Positions 36,961 to 50,755 of a stretch of 64,000 nt of DNA are shown here, piece after piece. Source of the DNA: Ylistrum balloti (lineage: Eukaryota); contig NW_026781985.1 of the NCBI RefSeq assembly GCF_031769215.1, positions 62,001 to 126,000 of the forward strand, written 5' to 3'. Numbering within the stretch: the stretch's first letter is position 1; each line of letters starts with the position of its first letter. The notes below the pieces were generated by a model, which saw only the letters and a list, made by a program, of their open reading frames with translations, made no database searches and was not told where the DNA came from. Both the position numbers and the translations under genes were made by a program.

Positions 36961-38519
36961 TTTTTTATTGACATCATAACTACGTTCAGATTTCTGAAAA
37001 TCTAGTTGCTTTATATGACATTCTCTTGCAAACCAACGGTTGCTAGTATTACATCGTCTGTTGATTTAATTAATGAAAATATGTTAGTTTATAGCCAAAA
37101 TTATTTGATCTTTCCCGATACAATTTTCAAATTAGATAGATATATAGATCGACAGAGATAACATGGAAAATTCCTATATATATAAGTTTGTATAAAAACA
37201 AGTAATTAAAAAGCTGGTCAATTGAAAACAATCACTCGAGCTTACCGTTGTACATGTTTAAATAGTCTGACATTCATTCAACATTCATACAATTCATCAA
37301 CAACCACGAAAAATTTATACCTATGGTAAAAAAGTATCCCTTTTTATATTGAACATGTACTTGATGATAAAAGCAAACAACTTGTGAGTAAAATAATAAT
37401 ATAGTTTTGATTGCACCTGTATACGGTGAGAGAGAAAAAAATAGGAGAGTTACCTACTCTTACACTGGTAAGCACTGCGACCTTTTAAAAGCGAGGAACC
37501 GTGACGTGTTTCGAAAGACAAACTGTTATCGATGCAATCATTAGCCTGATGCAATAATAACAGTAACGTAACGAAGGGAAATGGGCGATAGAGATTTCGA
37601 GCGAAATTATTTTTGTGGCGATAAAGATGGGGAGTTAGTGGGGGAAAGAGTCATGTTGTACGTTCGACACCGATGGGGCGCCACGGTTTCGAGGCGGAAC
37701 GCCCGTCACCATATCAAAAAGTTCCTGGGTGTTGTAACGTTATAAGTACAGGCTTGGACTATTTTATGAGACAATAAATTCCTTTTATGATATGTAAATG
37801 TATTGCAACCATCACGGTGTTGCCAATATATCGACAACGGGTATAAACACGAACCGTGCCTTTACAGCATGAGGGCAGGTCCGGAAAGATTCATGTTGGG
37901 ACGTTTTCCATCCTTTGGGATCGCAATGTGGTCGGCCGAATCACAGGACGATACAATAACCGTTGTTCTGTGTTTTCTAACCCAAACACAAAGCGCAGTC
38001 CCTTAATGACTGCACCTACAAGGCTGCACCTTGCTATTTGACCTACTCATTTGGCCAAATAACTCCCTCGTACCAAAGCCTTAAACAAAATTTTACTACT
38101 AATATGAATGTACCTTATATCACAAATAGCTCTGTTCGCACTGAAAAGAACGATGGAGTTAAATGATACTGAAACGAATATAAAATGACACTTCAAATGA
38201 TAAATTGAATGAAAGAATAGTTTTTGTACATGTTTTCAATTGATTTCCATGTCTAACTGTCACAGTAAATTTTGGAATAAGCTCTTATAACTTACGGAGA
38301 AATTCTGATGACGGGCCAATTTGTCAAAAGGTAACCGAACACTGGTAGTAATATGACAACAGGACAGTAGTCTTGGGTTTTTTCTGTTTGTTTTTTTTTT
38401 CAATCTTTTATTTTTCAAGATTTTTCAGTTCAGGGCAGTAACCCACACACGCTCGCACATACACATCACATAAGTCATGTGGATGGGGAGGAGTGTAGAG
38501 GAGAAGGACTTAGGAAGAC

Positions 38520-39055
38520 TTGAGAACACGTTACAGATGTATTTTGATCTATCCTAACCACAGGGACCTGAGAACTCGTTATAGATGTATTTGATCCTAT
38601 CCCAACCATAGAGACCTGAGAACGCGTTACATGTGTATTTTTACCTATTTCAACCACAGGGACCTGAGAACTCGTTATAGATGTATTTGAAGCTATCCCA
38701 ACCATAGGGACCTGAGAACTCGTTATTGATGTACTTGAACCTATCCCAACCATAGGGACCCGAGAACGCGTTACAGGTGTATTTTTACCTATTTCAACCA
38801 CAGGGACCTGAGAACTCGTTATAGATTTATTTGGACCTGTCCCAACCACAGGGACCTGAGAACACGTTACAGAAGTAGTTGGACCTGTCCCAACCACAGG
38901 GACCTGAGAACACGTTACAGAAGTAGTTGGACCTGTCCCAACCACAGGGACCTGAGAACACGTTACAGGTATATTTTTACCTATTTCAACCACAGGGACC
39001 TGAGAACTCGTTATAGATTTATTTGGACCTGTCCCAACCATATGGACCCGAGGAC
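38520..39055. repeat. 48-bp minisatellite, ~11 copies, open on the minus strand as 16-aa S/T/V/P-rich repeats
   Basis: ccaaccacagggacctgagaacacgttacag.. recurs; ORF 38475-39041 shows a 16-aa period. Confidence 0.85.
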
Positions 39056-40023
39056 GCGTTACCGTGCTTTAGACCTATCTATATTTCTCACAGGCCGTTT
39101 GGTAATACATTTTATAGTGGTGCGGATACTAGTGATATCGATATTATCTGTTGCCTTAATTTTCCAGGTGATTTGTTATCATCCCTTGCTTATAGTCGAC
39201 AATTTAGGATTCAGTTTCTGCAGACATCGCCAGACATGAATTGAGCAATGAATTAGAGATGTGGTCTGTACAGGCAACAAAAACTGACAACATCACCCAG
39301 TCCATTACATAGATGTGAGAAATAGACATCACAAGGAAAAAAATGGTTAGGGAATCTTTCTAACGCTATCAATTTATTACTGAATACATAAGTTTCTAAT
39401 AATCAACGGAATATTTGGAAAATGTTGGGTTTTTTTTCTTTAACTGATAATATCTGCAGAAAATTAGGCTGGTAACCCCCATCCGCATCCCAGTCCACAT
39501 TCCCATCCTCAACTCCATCCAACACTCTTCCTCCCATTGAAAAGTCCTGTCTTTATCTGTGGCTACCATTTAGACACAACGATGTATACTATTTTTTCCT
39601 TACCTGCTGAAAGGCCGAAAAGCCCTAGTAGTGGATATAAAACCTAGTAAATAAATAGGTATTACACTAGAAATCACCTCGTGACTACATAAAGAGCATA
39701 TCAACAAACAAGCTAGTCTTTCACGATAATGGCTAACACCTGTCCTCTAACAGTATTAAGTCGTTTTTCTAAAGGTTGGTTTTCCCTGACTCTTTGGTGT
39801 TGACTGTGTGTATATTTATATATATGTTGTCATGGAGAATGCACCATGATAGTTTTGTAAACTTTTGCCAGATCCCGGGTTGTTCTTTGAGTAACAACAG
39901 ATGGACTCTTATGGTCAACGAAAACGTTCTACTAACATCTTGTTCTTTCTTCGAAAAATAGCAATAATTATCATTATTTAGTTTTCGAGATATTAGTATG
40001 CAAAGTAGATGTCATTGATTATA

Positions 40024-40441
40024 CTAGCAGGACGATTAAAAAAAAAAGAAGGATTTATGAAACACTATGTCTCCGGTTGCAACAAAATTCTGAAATGGGA
40101 CATTTAAACTGTACTGTGTTAGCATGTGCTAATATCACGTACACTTATGTCTTCATTGTGGTAATGATTTGAAAGTTTTAGTTCAAGAGTTATGGCCAAT
40201 GATAATATTTTTCAAATATGATTCAAAGGTCACGGTCAAGGTTACATGTTTTTTTGTTTTTTTTTTTTTTTTTAAAGTGGTACCATTAGAAAGGTCTTGT
40301 CACAAGAAACGCAGGTGCCATATATGAAAACCCTACCTCTTACGGGGCAGTAGTTGTGGGCAGTGTTAAAGTTGATAGCCGACAAACAAACTAACAGACG
40401 GCACAAAGACCATATGCCCCCGATCTTTCGTCGGCATACAA
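40024..40441 (+). mobile_element. Non-autonomous Helentron/Helitron-like element (oyster HINE/pearl type) with one internal satellite-like unit
   Basis: Left box (..cactatgtctccggttgcaacaaaattctg..), internal aaggtcacggtcaaggt..ggtacc..aaggtcttgtcacaag, gaca/aaca microsatellite, 3' atgcccccgatc..cggcata hairpin; homologous to 45863-46458. Confidence 0.6.
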
Positions 40442-41332
40442 ATATTTATATGTAATGTAAATCAGTCATATTAGACCAGCTAATATCCTTCACTTATAAG
40501 ATTTGTTTTACAGTGAGTTTTTTAACTGTAAGCTAAAATATAGACTAGTATTTCGTGAAGTGTAAAATCAGAATTTAGCGATGAGTTGTTCATATTTTTA
40601 CAAAAAAACCCGTTGTTTTGTATCCGGTACCGGTAGTCATGAGCTACATCAAATCTGGATCAACCGCAGATTTGTAAACTAAATTATTCATTGATATCAG
40701 CATATACCCTGTCAAGATAAGTTTTATCGCGAACAGCTCAGTTAAACTAGACTAAGCTAAACTAAACTAAACTAAACCTAAAGTAAACTAAGGATGCTCT
40801 TCACGTAAGAAATAAAGTATTCTCTATGTGCTCCATTTTAACTATTCATAAATTAACGGATAAACTTATTCAATTTACAGACAATTACATACTATTCAAT
40901 TATATCGTTGAAAAAGTAATAAAGTAATTATAAATCATTCGAATAATTAAGATCATTGGAATGTATACAATATCATTCGTCCTTAATATCAACTTTCACC
41001 CAAGTTTTTTTTTTTTAAATCGCGTTGTCCTCAGAGTCGGATATCGTGGTATCATTAATTCAGGGACCTATATGTGTGTAAAAAAAAAAAAACACCCAAG
41101 AATGACCAGCCCAATGGCGACTTGTCATAAAATATACACATTTTCGCAGTTAATTGTAGTGAAACCGGTTATTGGTAAACAAATCGGTGCTACCTATGTG
41201 TCAACGTGTCTTTGTGTACGTGTCATTGTAATGAATAGTGTAGTGCGCCCTCGAGGTTTACTGTGTTCGCTAGAGGGCGCTTTTGTTGAGAAATGAGGTC
41301 ACAAACCAAAACAAGCTCGACCAACGAGAAAA

Positions 41333-44300
41333 ATGGCTACACCGTTACGGAAAAGAAAGCGGGAGATTCAAGATGTTGAAGTGATGGAAACGCGGTTTTG
41401 TATGGAAACTCCTTTTAAAACGAAACTATCCAAAAGACGTAGAAAAACCATGCACCCGCCACTCCAAACGGTAAGTAGCATATGTTCAAAATCACTTCGA
41501 AGCTTTCATTCATCAACAACAGGTGCTTGTTCTAAACGTGAGCTACAAACTGACATACGTAGGCTATCAACATTTGTAAAAAAAGAATCGTTCTTATTTA
41601 AATTTGCACAGATGACCGTGATGACGATACACAATCTTATATGTGGTGCATTCAGATTCAGGAACACACGACAATGTGACAGGCGCCTACAGCTTGTCAG
41701 GGTCAAAATGCTCATGTTTATTTTTCATTTAATTGACATGTTCAACACTGAGGCTGTTCTGTTGTGATTCGAATGAGGGTTGGGGTCCAGAACACTGAAG
41801 CTCGTTGGTATTGACCATTAAACAGTAATATTTCAGTCCAGCATCATGGATCAATCGAACAAATCATCGTTAGTTAGTACTTTTTATAGGATTTTTTTCT
41901 GGTAAGTCCAGAGCACAACTTGCCAAAAGTTTGATTAGTCCACTACTGCACAAGAGATATAGTAGCTAGGTTAACAAAATCTGAAGGAGTCCCACAGGAA
42001 AAGAATGAGTCCCAGACTCAAATATTTATTTGAGTCCAAAATGCACACACATATATATATAAATGATCTTCTCTCTCTATACTGTATATATAGTTTTAGT
42101 CTAGTGAAATCATTAGTCCTCTTACCATCTTTCCTTTACTGCTGAAGAGATGAAAGTATGGACAACAGGGAAATATACTGTACTGTTGAGTGCCTGGACC
42201 AGGAATCGAACCAGGGCCTCTGGCATGGTGATCAATACTGATAGATCTTTCAGCATCTTTATCACTCATTCTGTGTTTCTCAATTTGTAGTCATATAGAA
42301 ATAGGATAGGATAGAAATCATGACTTTCTTGACTGGACTCTCTCAATCTTATTGAAAGAATGGATCCCAAATAATGTCACTACTCACTTTACAATCATAC
42401 AATCTCCATTAACTAATATTATTAGTACTATCCCAATTGATAGGACAAAATGGTGACACTTTACCTATAAATTGTTATAAGCTAGGTATAACTTAAGAGT
42501 TGTTTGGTGTTCCTTGGAGAAAGGTTTTATCTAGCTAGAAAATCATGACTTTGACTTCATACACAGTGCATTATGCTGTCATTAAATTTCATAACCCAGT
42601 GTTTGATTGATGCGAAATATACTGTGTTCTCCACTTCCTCCTGTAACTGAGTTATCTGAAATCCCAGGATATTGGTAAAATTTTGCTCATACCCCCAATT
42701 TTCAAGCACTCTATCAGAGTTTTCAACAAGAGTCGGATTTGACCTTCTGTAATTTGATTTGAAAGGTCATTTTTGCTTAAGTTAGTAAATTTTTTCTTTC
42801 TGACAAGAAAACTTTCTCTGCTTGGCCATCATCTTGGGAGATTTAACACATTCATATCAATCATACTATTAACCCAGTAAACGGGTGTAACAAGACATCA
42901 AAATGGCAACAAATCATAGACATATATGCATGTGATTGACATTGCCTGCCTGCATATGAAGTGTGCTGGTACCTCTCCTGGAATTACATGTTTCTTAATT
43001 TTCAAAGAGACGAAAAGCTGAAAAATGTTTCAACCAAACTGCTTGGACAGTGATAAAACAAAATGGCACAGGTTTACGCTTACAGAAGTTAGTAGTTAGT
43101 TAAAATTCACAATTAATTTATTTTTTAAACTGAACAAGTTTAAAACTTCATTAAATATGAAATGATTAATCAATTAAATGTTTATTTTTTATGTTTTGCC
43201 TTCCAAATGACTAATTAAAATCACTGATCCAACAAGAGCATGACCTTTGACCCCAGTCAGAATCTGAAGGTTTTATTTTAAATTAAGTAACTTTTTAAAT
43301 TTACATGTCTGACTTTTGTGAGTAGTGTACCTTCTACCCATTATCTTAATTTTTATATTTAGCCCATGCCAAATTTAACTTCAGACATTAGGGTGTTGCC
43401 TTTGTATGATCCAGTTTTTTTCGGGGGGACTCATATATTTGACTCCTAACTGGACTCATTCTTTTCCAGTGTGTGGGACTCGTTCAAATTTTGTTATCCA
43501 ACTATATCTCTTTGTATCAGAACTCATCAATATTTTGGGATCAGTGTTCTGGACTCGACTTAGAAATCTTACAAAAAATACTGTGAGTATAGGACTTAGG
43601 TATAGATATATAAGTCTGTGATTATAACTATGATGTTGATATATGTTAATATTTCAGTTTGATTCTTTCTAACCCTGAAAGTTATCTGCTAAATACTATC
43701 TTTTTTAAATTCAAATTAAGCATAGAATATGAGAAGTTAAGCTACAATTCGAATGTAATACAGACTTGAACTTTGAGTGAATGTAATTTCATTTGAAAGT
43801 TTGTATTTAAACTTTACTAAAAATCACCAGAAATTTTTCTTTGATGATTTGCATTAAAACCTTGAATTTTATTTCATCACTGACAGCAAAAATGAATATT
43901 TGTAGTCTGAATAGTAACAAGGATGTCTCTCTGTTATAATGTGGAAAGACTTTTATTGAAAGGGAGGAAACTCTGTCAGTCATAGCCTATTTCTTGTACC
44001 CCCTCCCCCCACCCTCCCAATACCCTATATACACAGTATATGTGAAAATAATATCATTGCAGCATTTGTTTTGTTTATTTACTGTAAGCAAGTCTCATGA
44101 TCATGATTACTCATCTATATGATGTGTATGTAGTGGTAATTTTACAAAAAACTTGGCCCAATTAAGCTACATGTCACTTTTTAATTGAAATCTCATGAAA
44201 CAAATTATGTAAATTTCTCTTCTTTTTACTTCCATAGCTATATCCTCATTATTCAAACTCATATCATTTTAATAATGATTCCCTTCCTTTTTTGTGTCAT

Positions 44301-44674
44301 TTACAATCATGGTAAAATAAATCGCCATGCATGCCACTGAAGTTGAATTTCAGAATACAAAAACTGTAAATTGATTTGTTTAGGAACTGCTTGATAAAGA
44401 GAATCTTCGACTTGGTGCAGAGTCCCAGGGTCATGATTTCACTCCTTGGAAGCCACCGTCGGGTTTGAACAAGCCAGACTTTACCCCTCAGCCACTCAAG
44501 CGTAATGCCACACTCCGCGGTACACTTCGTCGACGAGTGTCAATGAGTGTAATGAAAAAGAAGATGAGAAAGTTCCAGGATTATTCTTTGATGGACTCTA
44601 ACTTCCAGTATCTGGACAGTTTAGGCAGGGGAGATAACCAAATCTGTCGGACTACTTCAACAACAGACTTCAAG
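41333..44674 (+). CDS. 5' coding exons (41333-41470, 44384-44674) of a large unidentified gene that continues beyond these exons; basic NLS-like clusters, KEN box, TP sites
   Basis: ATG exon ends ACG|gtaagt (phase 0). The second exon has a ttag acceptor, 97 open codons and AAG|gtaaga. Joined sequence: MATPLRKRKRE...SKRRRK...ELLDKENL...RGTLRRRVS. Family not recognised. Confidence 0.75.
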
Positions 44675-45862
44675 GTAAGATATATATTTATGTTTAATGT
44701 TTGGTTAACTTCACTGAAAAAATAACACACTAATATTAGTTTTTCTAGACAGTAATTTTGAGAGGTACAGATTATATCACTTTTTAATCATATTTTGTTA
44801 GGTTTGACAGAAATTATTTAATTATATATATATCAGAAGTAGGATGTTAACACAAAGTATACCAGCTTAAAAATTTAGATGGTCAATAAATTTTATTATT
44901 GTCGATCACAACGGTTTTGCCCATATTGGGCTCATCAGAGCAGTGCAACATGCAATTCACTGCTCTAAAGTACATAAAGAGTGGTTCAAAGTATGATGTG
45001 AACTTAATTCCAAACTTCAGAGTCTGTTTTTGGAGTGGACACCTTGCATACCCTTGTGGTATTCATACACCAGTGAAAAAAGCACTAATTTGATACTCAA
45101 TATCAGTACCATCGTTGGCGTAATCTTTGATTTTTTTAATTATATATTTGTGTGTGCATGATCTACAATGTGGTATTTTTATATAAATTATGTATCAATC
45201 TAACACACATTATAAACAAGTTATAAGTAATTATACAGTATACATATTTTATGTGGTATTTTGGTGGTTTGTTTAAGCAAAAATCTCATCTTCTTTGAGT
45301 CCTAGGGGCTAAGATTTTGAAAGATGGCGGACGTTTGTTGCAGAAAGTTAATTTAGATATATATTCACCATTTCTCAATTTTCTAAATTTCAGGAATATA
45401 AGAAATGAGCCGTTTTTTTAATGTTTGTTTTAACATACTAGTTTTGGTAAAGTTTAGGATTTGCACAGAAAGTGATAATGCTGGAATTTTGGGTAAATGC
45501 TGGAAAAGTGCTGGAATTTGCTCACAAATGTATGTAAAGTGCTGTAACTCATACATTCTTGCTGTAAACATAAAGTTCCTCTTCAGCGAGAAGACAATGA
45601 ACAGAGAACTTGTCTCCATAGCAAAACACTTTAAAAAAAGTGAAGCTCTATACCAGTATTAACTCCTTATTTCATGTTTTTTCTATTATTTGATTCACAT
45701 AGAGTAAAAAAGAATATATTACATTCCCATTCCCTGCAAGTTAGGATAACAAAATGCATCTGGAAAATCAGAAAAAGTGCTGGAAATGTGCTTGAATCTT
45801 GGTAAGAAAATTCAATACATGAAAGTTTATTTAAGACAATTTTGTTGTATTGACAGTATATA

Positions 45863-46458
45863 TAACAAGACGGGTTTATAAATCACTATGCCCCATGATT
45901 GCAACAAAATTCTAAGGTGTAACATTTAAACTGTCTGTGTAAGGCATATGCTAATTGCATGTACACTTTGTGAAATACTAATGTCTTCATTGTGATAAGA
46001 ATGGTCAAGATCACATTGTCAAACATTTTGGTACCACAAGAAAGGTCTTGTCACAAGGAACACAAGTGCTAAATACCAAAACCATACTTCTTATGATGCA
46101 ATCATTATGGCCAATGTGATTTTTTTTTCAGATGTAGGTCAAAGGTCATAATCAAGGTCACATGGTCAAACATTTTTGTACCACCAGAAAGGTTTTGCAC
46201 ATGCAAAATTTGAAAGCCATACCTCTTATGATGCAATAGGTATGGCCAATGTTAACATTTTTCAAATGTTCGTCAAAGGTCAAGGTCACATGGTCAACAA
46301 TTTCGGTACCACTCAAAAGGTTTTGTCAGAAGGAACACACTTGCCAAATATGAAAGCACTAATTCTTCCGTTGTAGTAGTTATGGGCCAGATTAAAGTTG
46401 ACAACAGACAGCAAAAAAACCAACATGGCCATGATCTTATGATGCGGGGACATAAAAA
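45863..46458 (+). mobile_element. Second copy of the same HINE/pearl-type element, with ~2-3 internal satellite-like units
   Basis: Starts aacaagac; shares the left box with 40024-40441; repeated ggtcaaggtcacatggtcaa..ggtaccac..aaagg units; ends cggggacataaaaa. Confidence 0.65.
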
Positions 46459-49400
46459 GGCCACCCAAGGAGACAGGGGAAAAAGGTTGTTATAGACAGG
46501 TGGCCTTTTTATAGGGGTTCAATCACTATGAATTTTAGTTGTATTCCACTAGGAGCAGATTTAAAACAGTGACTTTAATTCTGGATTGGTGCTAGCATAG
46601 GTTTGACTGTATTCTTTACTCTTAGATATAGAAAACGAGAACAATAAGTTTAATGCACTAAATGTACCTAAGTTAATGGTAATTTTATCACAAAAGGGTT
46701 AAGTATTAGGTTAAGTACCTGTTCTCTGATATCATAAAGAGGAGGCCACAAGATACCAAGAACTTATGTACTTCATATATTTTGGGTCAAGGAATTTGAA
46801 CTTCAGCAACCTAAAGCTTTGCCACATCAAGCTTCTTGATAAATTTCAAACACAATTTTTTTTCTTTCTATTATTTTCTTCTTAAAAGGTACACATTTTA
46901 TGAAATAGAAATGTTAATAATTAAAGAAAATCTTCCAATTTTTTCTAAATGTGAACAATAATATTTGGTCTGAGTAAAACATAGTTAACAGATTTTAGAA
47001 AATTGTATGAAGAATTTTTATCTTATAATATCAAAAAGATAAGTTAAGCTGAACAGGCAAGTGAAAATCCAATGATGCAGTTCCTTATTACTGTAATAAG
47101 TTATAAGGCTCATATTGCCTCCCCTTAATATAGACGGGGACATGTGCATCGCCAGTACCAATTACACAATGGGTAAACCATTAATGTATAAAGAGTATCT
47201 TTTCACATGGCTCAGTACTGTCCAGGTCACTTCCTTTTGAAATTTTTTTTTCTTCTCCATCAAAGAAATAAAATTGGCACAAACTTTAGAATTAAAAGGG
47301 AAAAAAATGAATATGATGAATTACCCTGTTGGGTGCCTCTTAAATGTATGGTTGGCTGCTGCAACAGGAAACTATAGTAAATTCGGGGCTAACTCAAAAA
47401 CGTTTCTCAGTTGTTGAAAATCTCTTCAACTTTTTCAGACCAGCCCTTTCCTATAGCTGCCACTGATTGTGTGAAGAGGAATTATTTTTGTGAAGTTTGT
47501 TTATTTACCGAGTTTCAATTATTCTAGAAAATCTAAATTGTTATCAAGTTTTGTACAAAAAAAAAAAAAAAACTTTTGATATCATCCCTTTTCTGTTAGA
47601 AAATAGTGTGGGAAAACGGAAAAGTTCAGGAAGGCCTATTTTGTTTGTATTTACGAGGGAGGATGACATCTCATTTTTATGACTGATTTTGTCGGGGAAA
47701 CATCTTGTGTCAAGTTTCTAAAGTTTTTCATGTCAGGACTATAATACAGCTAGCTGTTGGTCAGTGTTAAAGTTTAAAAGCTACTGCCTGCAAGTTACAG
47801 GCTACAGCACCATGTGATCAGCTAAACATAATTACACCATGTGGAGCTAGCTGGGGAGTGTAATTTCCAAGTACTCTACAATATATAAATATATCATTTT
47901 CATTAGGATGGAAGACTCTTCTGTTTTCATCACTGTAAGTATAGACAAGATTTTCTTTCAAAATATATCTTAAAGCTTATTGTTATCTTAAAACAAATGA
48001 CAGTTCAGTGTGAATTGTGAATATACATATACTGCTGTTGTTTTGGTTTGTATATAGATGTAATGTGGGTCTGAAAAACCTTTTTTTTTGGGACATTTTA
48101 TAGACTTGCTGTGATGTTGCACATTACTTGTGTTGATTACATACTGTACTTGTAGTTACACTATGATATGATATTCTGGTAGCTGTAGAGCTACAATACT
48201 CCAATAGACTTAAAAGTATATACGCATCATTTCCATGATACATGATAATGAGGATTTATCAACTAATTGATTGTTAGAATGTGTTGGTACTATATATATC
48301 CTGATATACAGTACCATCTATTAAGCTTAAGTTTTAAAACCTGTGACATTCATATATATATATATATATGGCATGACTTAATTTTCTGCTATAAGATATT
48401 AACTTCCAAATGTCTCTCCATTTTGCTGCATGTGATATACAGCTAAGTACTGCATGCTGTCGAATTAAAAAATTCCAAATTTACTGACACAGTTGATGAA
48501 AGGTACTTTTAATAAACAAAATTAAAACTTAAATTAACATTTCCATTGTATTTCTGTACTGTGTGATACAATTTGTATGAAGATTTGACACAGTGATGAA
48601 AGTTTGTATTCTGGACGATTTTGAAAAAAAAAATTTCAATTTTTTCTTAAGAAATATGTATATATTGTGACCTAATTGTTGAGTAAATGTCAGCAACGAA
48701 AACAGCTGTTGCTTGTTGATGACAATATGTGGAGCTGAAGGGTATCAGTCATGCACAGGATTGTTCCCCAACGTAACTAGAGGGGGCAATTAACGTGTGC
48801 AGTATATACTCACTAAAACATGCCATACATCATTAAGTGTAAAAATATAGGAGTTTTGACTGCTGGAAAAACAGAAATATGCATCGTTAGCAATATTCTA
48901 TGGAATGATATTGTTGGATGTGATTAGCAACACTGCCTTTGAAAGAACAAGTAAATGACATAATTTGTGTTTCTTGTTTCAAAATGAATTAGAAATTTAG
49001 GATTGGTTCAACAGATACATATATGACAACATCTCAGTATTTAGAATGTAGAAGTTTTCTTGTGATCTCCATTTTAGGGCTACCATAAATGAAAAGCTTC
49101 TATTTGTAAATAGAATTAACAGTACTTTGTGTTGATTGGCTGAGATGCTTAATATTTGTGCATGCATTTTGAAAATTGACTCTATTCTTTACCAAACCAA
49201 TTGGCTTTGATACTATATATACTGGTATTTGTTTGACTTTTAAAATATTGATTTTTGTGTTTTTGGATTCACCACAGCCAAGGCCATAATGTTAACTAAT
49301 ACTGCTTCTGGTAAAGGACATTATAGTGCTGTCTCATTGAACTGTCATTACCTGGGCACTGTAAGATGATAACTGAGTGGATATAATTTAAAAAGATAAT

Positions 49401-50677
49401 GGGCTAATCAGTAACAGTATCACACATTGAAAACTGACCTAGAAGTTCCTTGCTTAGATTATGTACATACTTTCCAAACTTAAAATCATTTCTAAAATGT
49501 GGCTGTTAGAACAAAGAAAGAGAAAAAAAGCACCTGGTCCAAATTCATTTTGACATAGCTGAATGTTTTGGTTACAGATGTCATTGTCATTAAATATTGG
49601 GAACAAAGGTATATCTAAGTTTCAGGTGGGGGGGGGGGAACAATTTTTCATCATTTTGCTCAGACTTTTACTACCCAATGCAGGTATATGTGTAGCCTGT
49701 GTGGTATTTTCTTGATCCTCGAACTGAAGGGAAGAGGAAAAAAGGAGTTTGAATGAAATGGACAATAGATGTATATTTTAACAAACTAGTAGAAGTACCA
49801 TTATGTAATGTTGTCACAACATTGAATAGCAAGGCATCTGTGGATTCATTGTGAACAAAAGTTCTTGTAGTGTTGATTATCCAGACCCTTTTTTCTTTGA
49901 GGAAAAAGTTATTGTAACGTATGAGAGAAATACAATTCTTTTTTTTAATTTCTTCTTCTTTGTCTTTTGAGAAGTTTATAAATAATATTATGGAAATTTC
50001 ATTGCCATTTAAAAAATTTGTATGTAGTAAATGCTGATGTAAACAGCTTTGAATACTGTCTTCTTTTTTTCGGAAAATAGGAAAACAAAAAAAAAAGACA
50101 AAAAACATTAAATATCAAATGAGTTGAAAGGGCTTTTGTATGCTGAGGAGATTAATTGATGGAAGGGGGGTAACTCCTGCTGTCTTTCTTTGTTCCCTTT
50201 GTCAGATTTGAAAGGGTATTGATTTTTGAGCTCAACCGTCTCTGTATCTGACTCTATCTGTTCAGCAGCCATTGTCAAAGACTGCCAGCCCCAGCAATTA
50301 ACATGACGATCAGGCTAACCAGACACGAGGCTGCAAACAGACAGCAACAAATCTGTATTCTCATGGCAAAATGTGCCATCTGCAACACTGGCTAAAAAGG
50401 AACATGATGAAATGTACAACAGTCAACAGTTAATGTTTACTTGGCAGTGATAATTGACTACACAGATTGTTAAAAATTCTTCATTATTGCTGTGGAAATA
50501 TGTTGAAATTGTGCTTACTGGGATAAAATGTTAATGTGATCAAATTTTATGTAAACAACCAAGATTGACTGGTAAAAATTGACAACACAGGTGTTTAAGC
50601 GGAATCTGTGATAATATAATTAGTGCTGCTGATACTGGGGATATTTTAAGGCATGGCCTTACTGTACTTTTGACCAG

Positions 50678-50755
50678 TGGTCAACAATGACAGATATTGA
50701 GGGAATACCTAGCCCAATTCCTGACCTGCTCCTTGGAGGAGCTGCCAGAACAAAG
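50678..50755 (+). CDS. Candidate exon (W)STMTDIEGIPSPIPDLLLGGAARTK of the 41.3-kb gene, either internal or an alternative first exon
   Basis: Acceptor cttttgaccag, 78 nt open in phase 0-0, donor AAG|gtatag, in-frame ATG at 50687. Confidence 0.4.

Noticed and set aside
39605-39625. ctgaaaggccgaaa, superficially hammerhead-like
   Set aside because: It lacks the CUGANGA core and a closed stem II.
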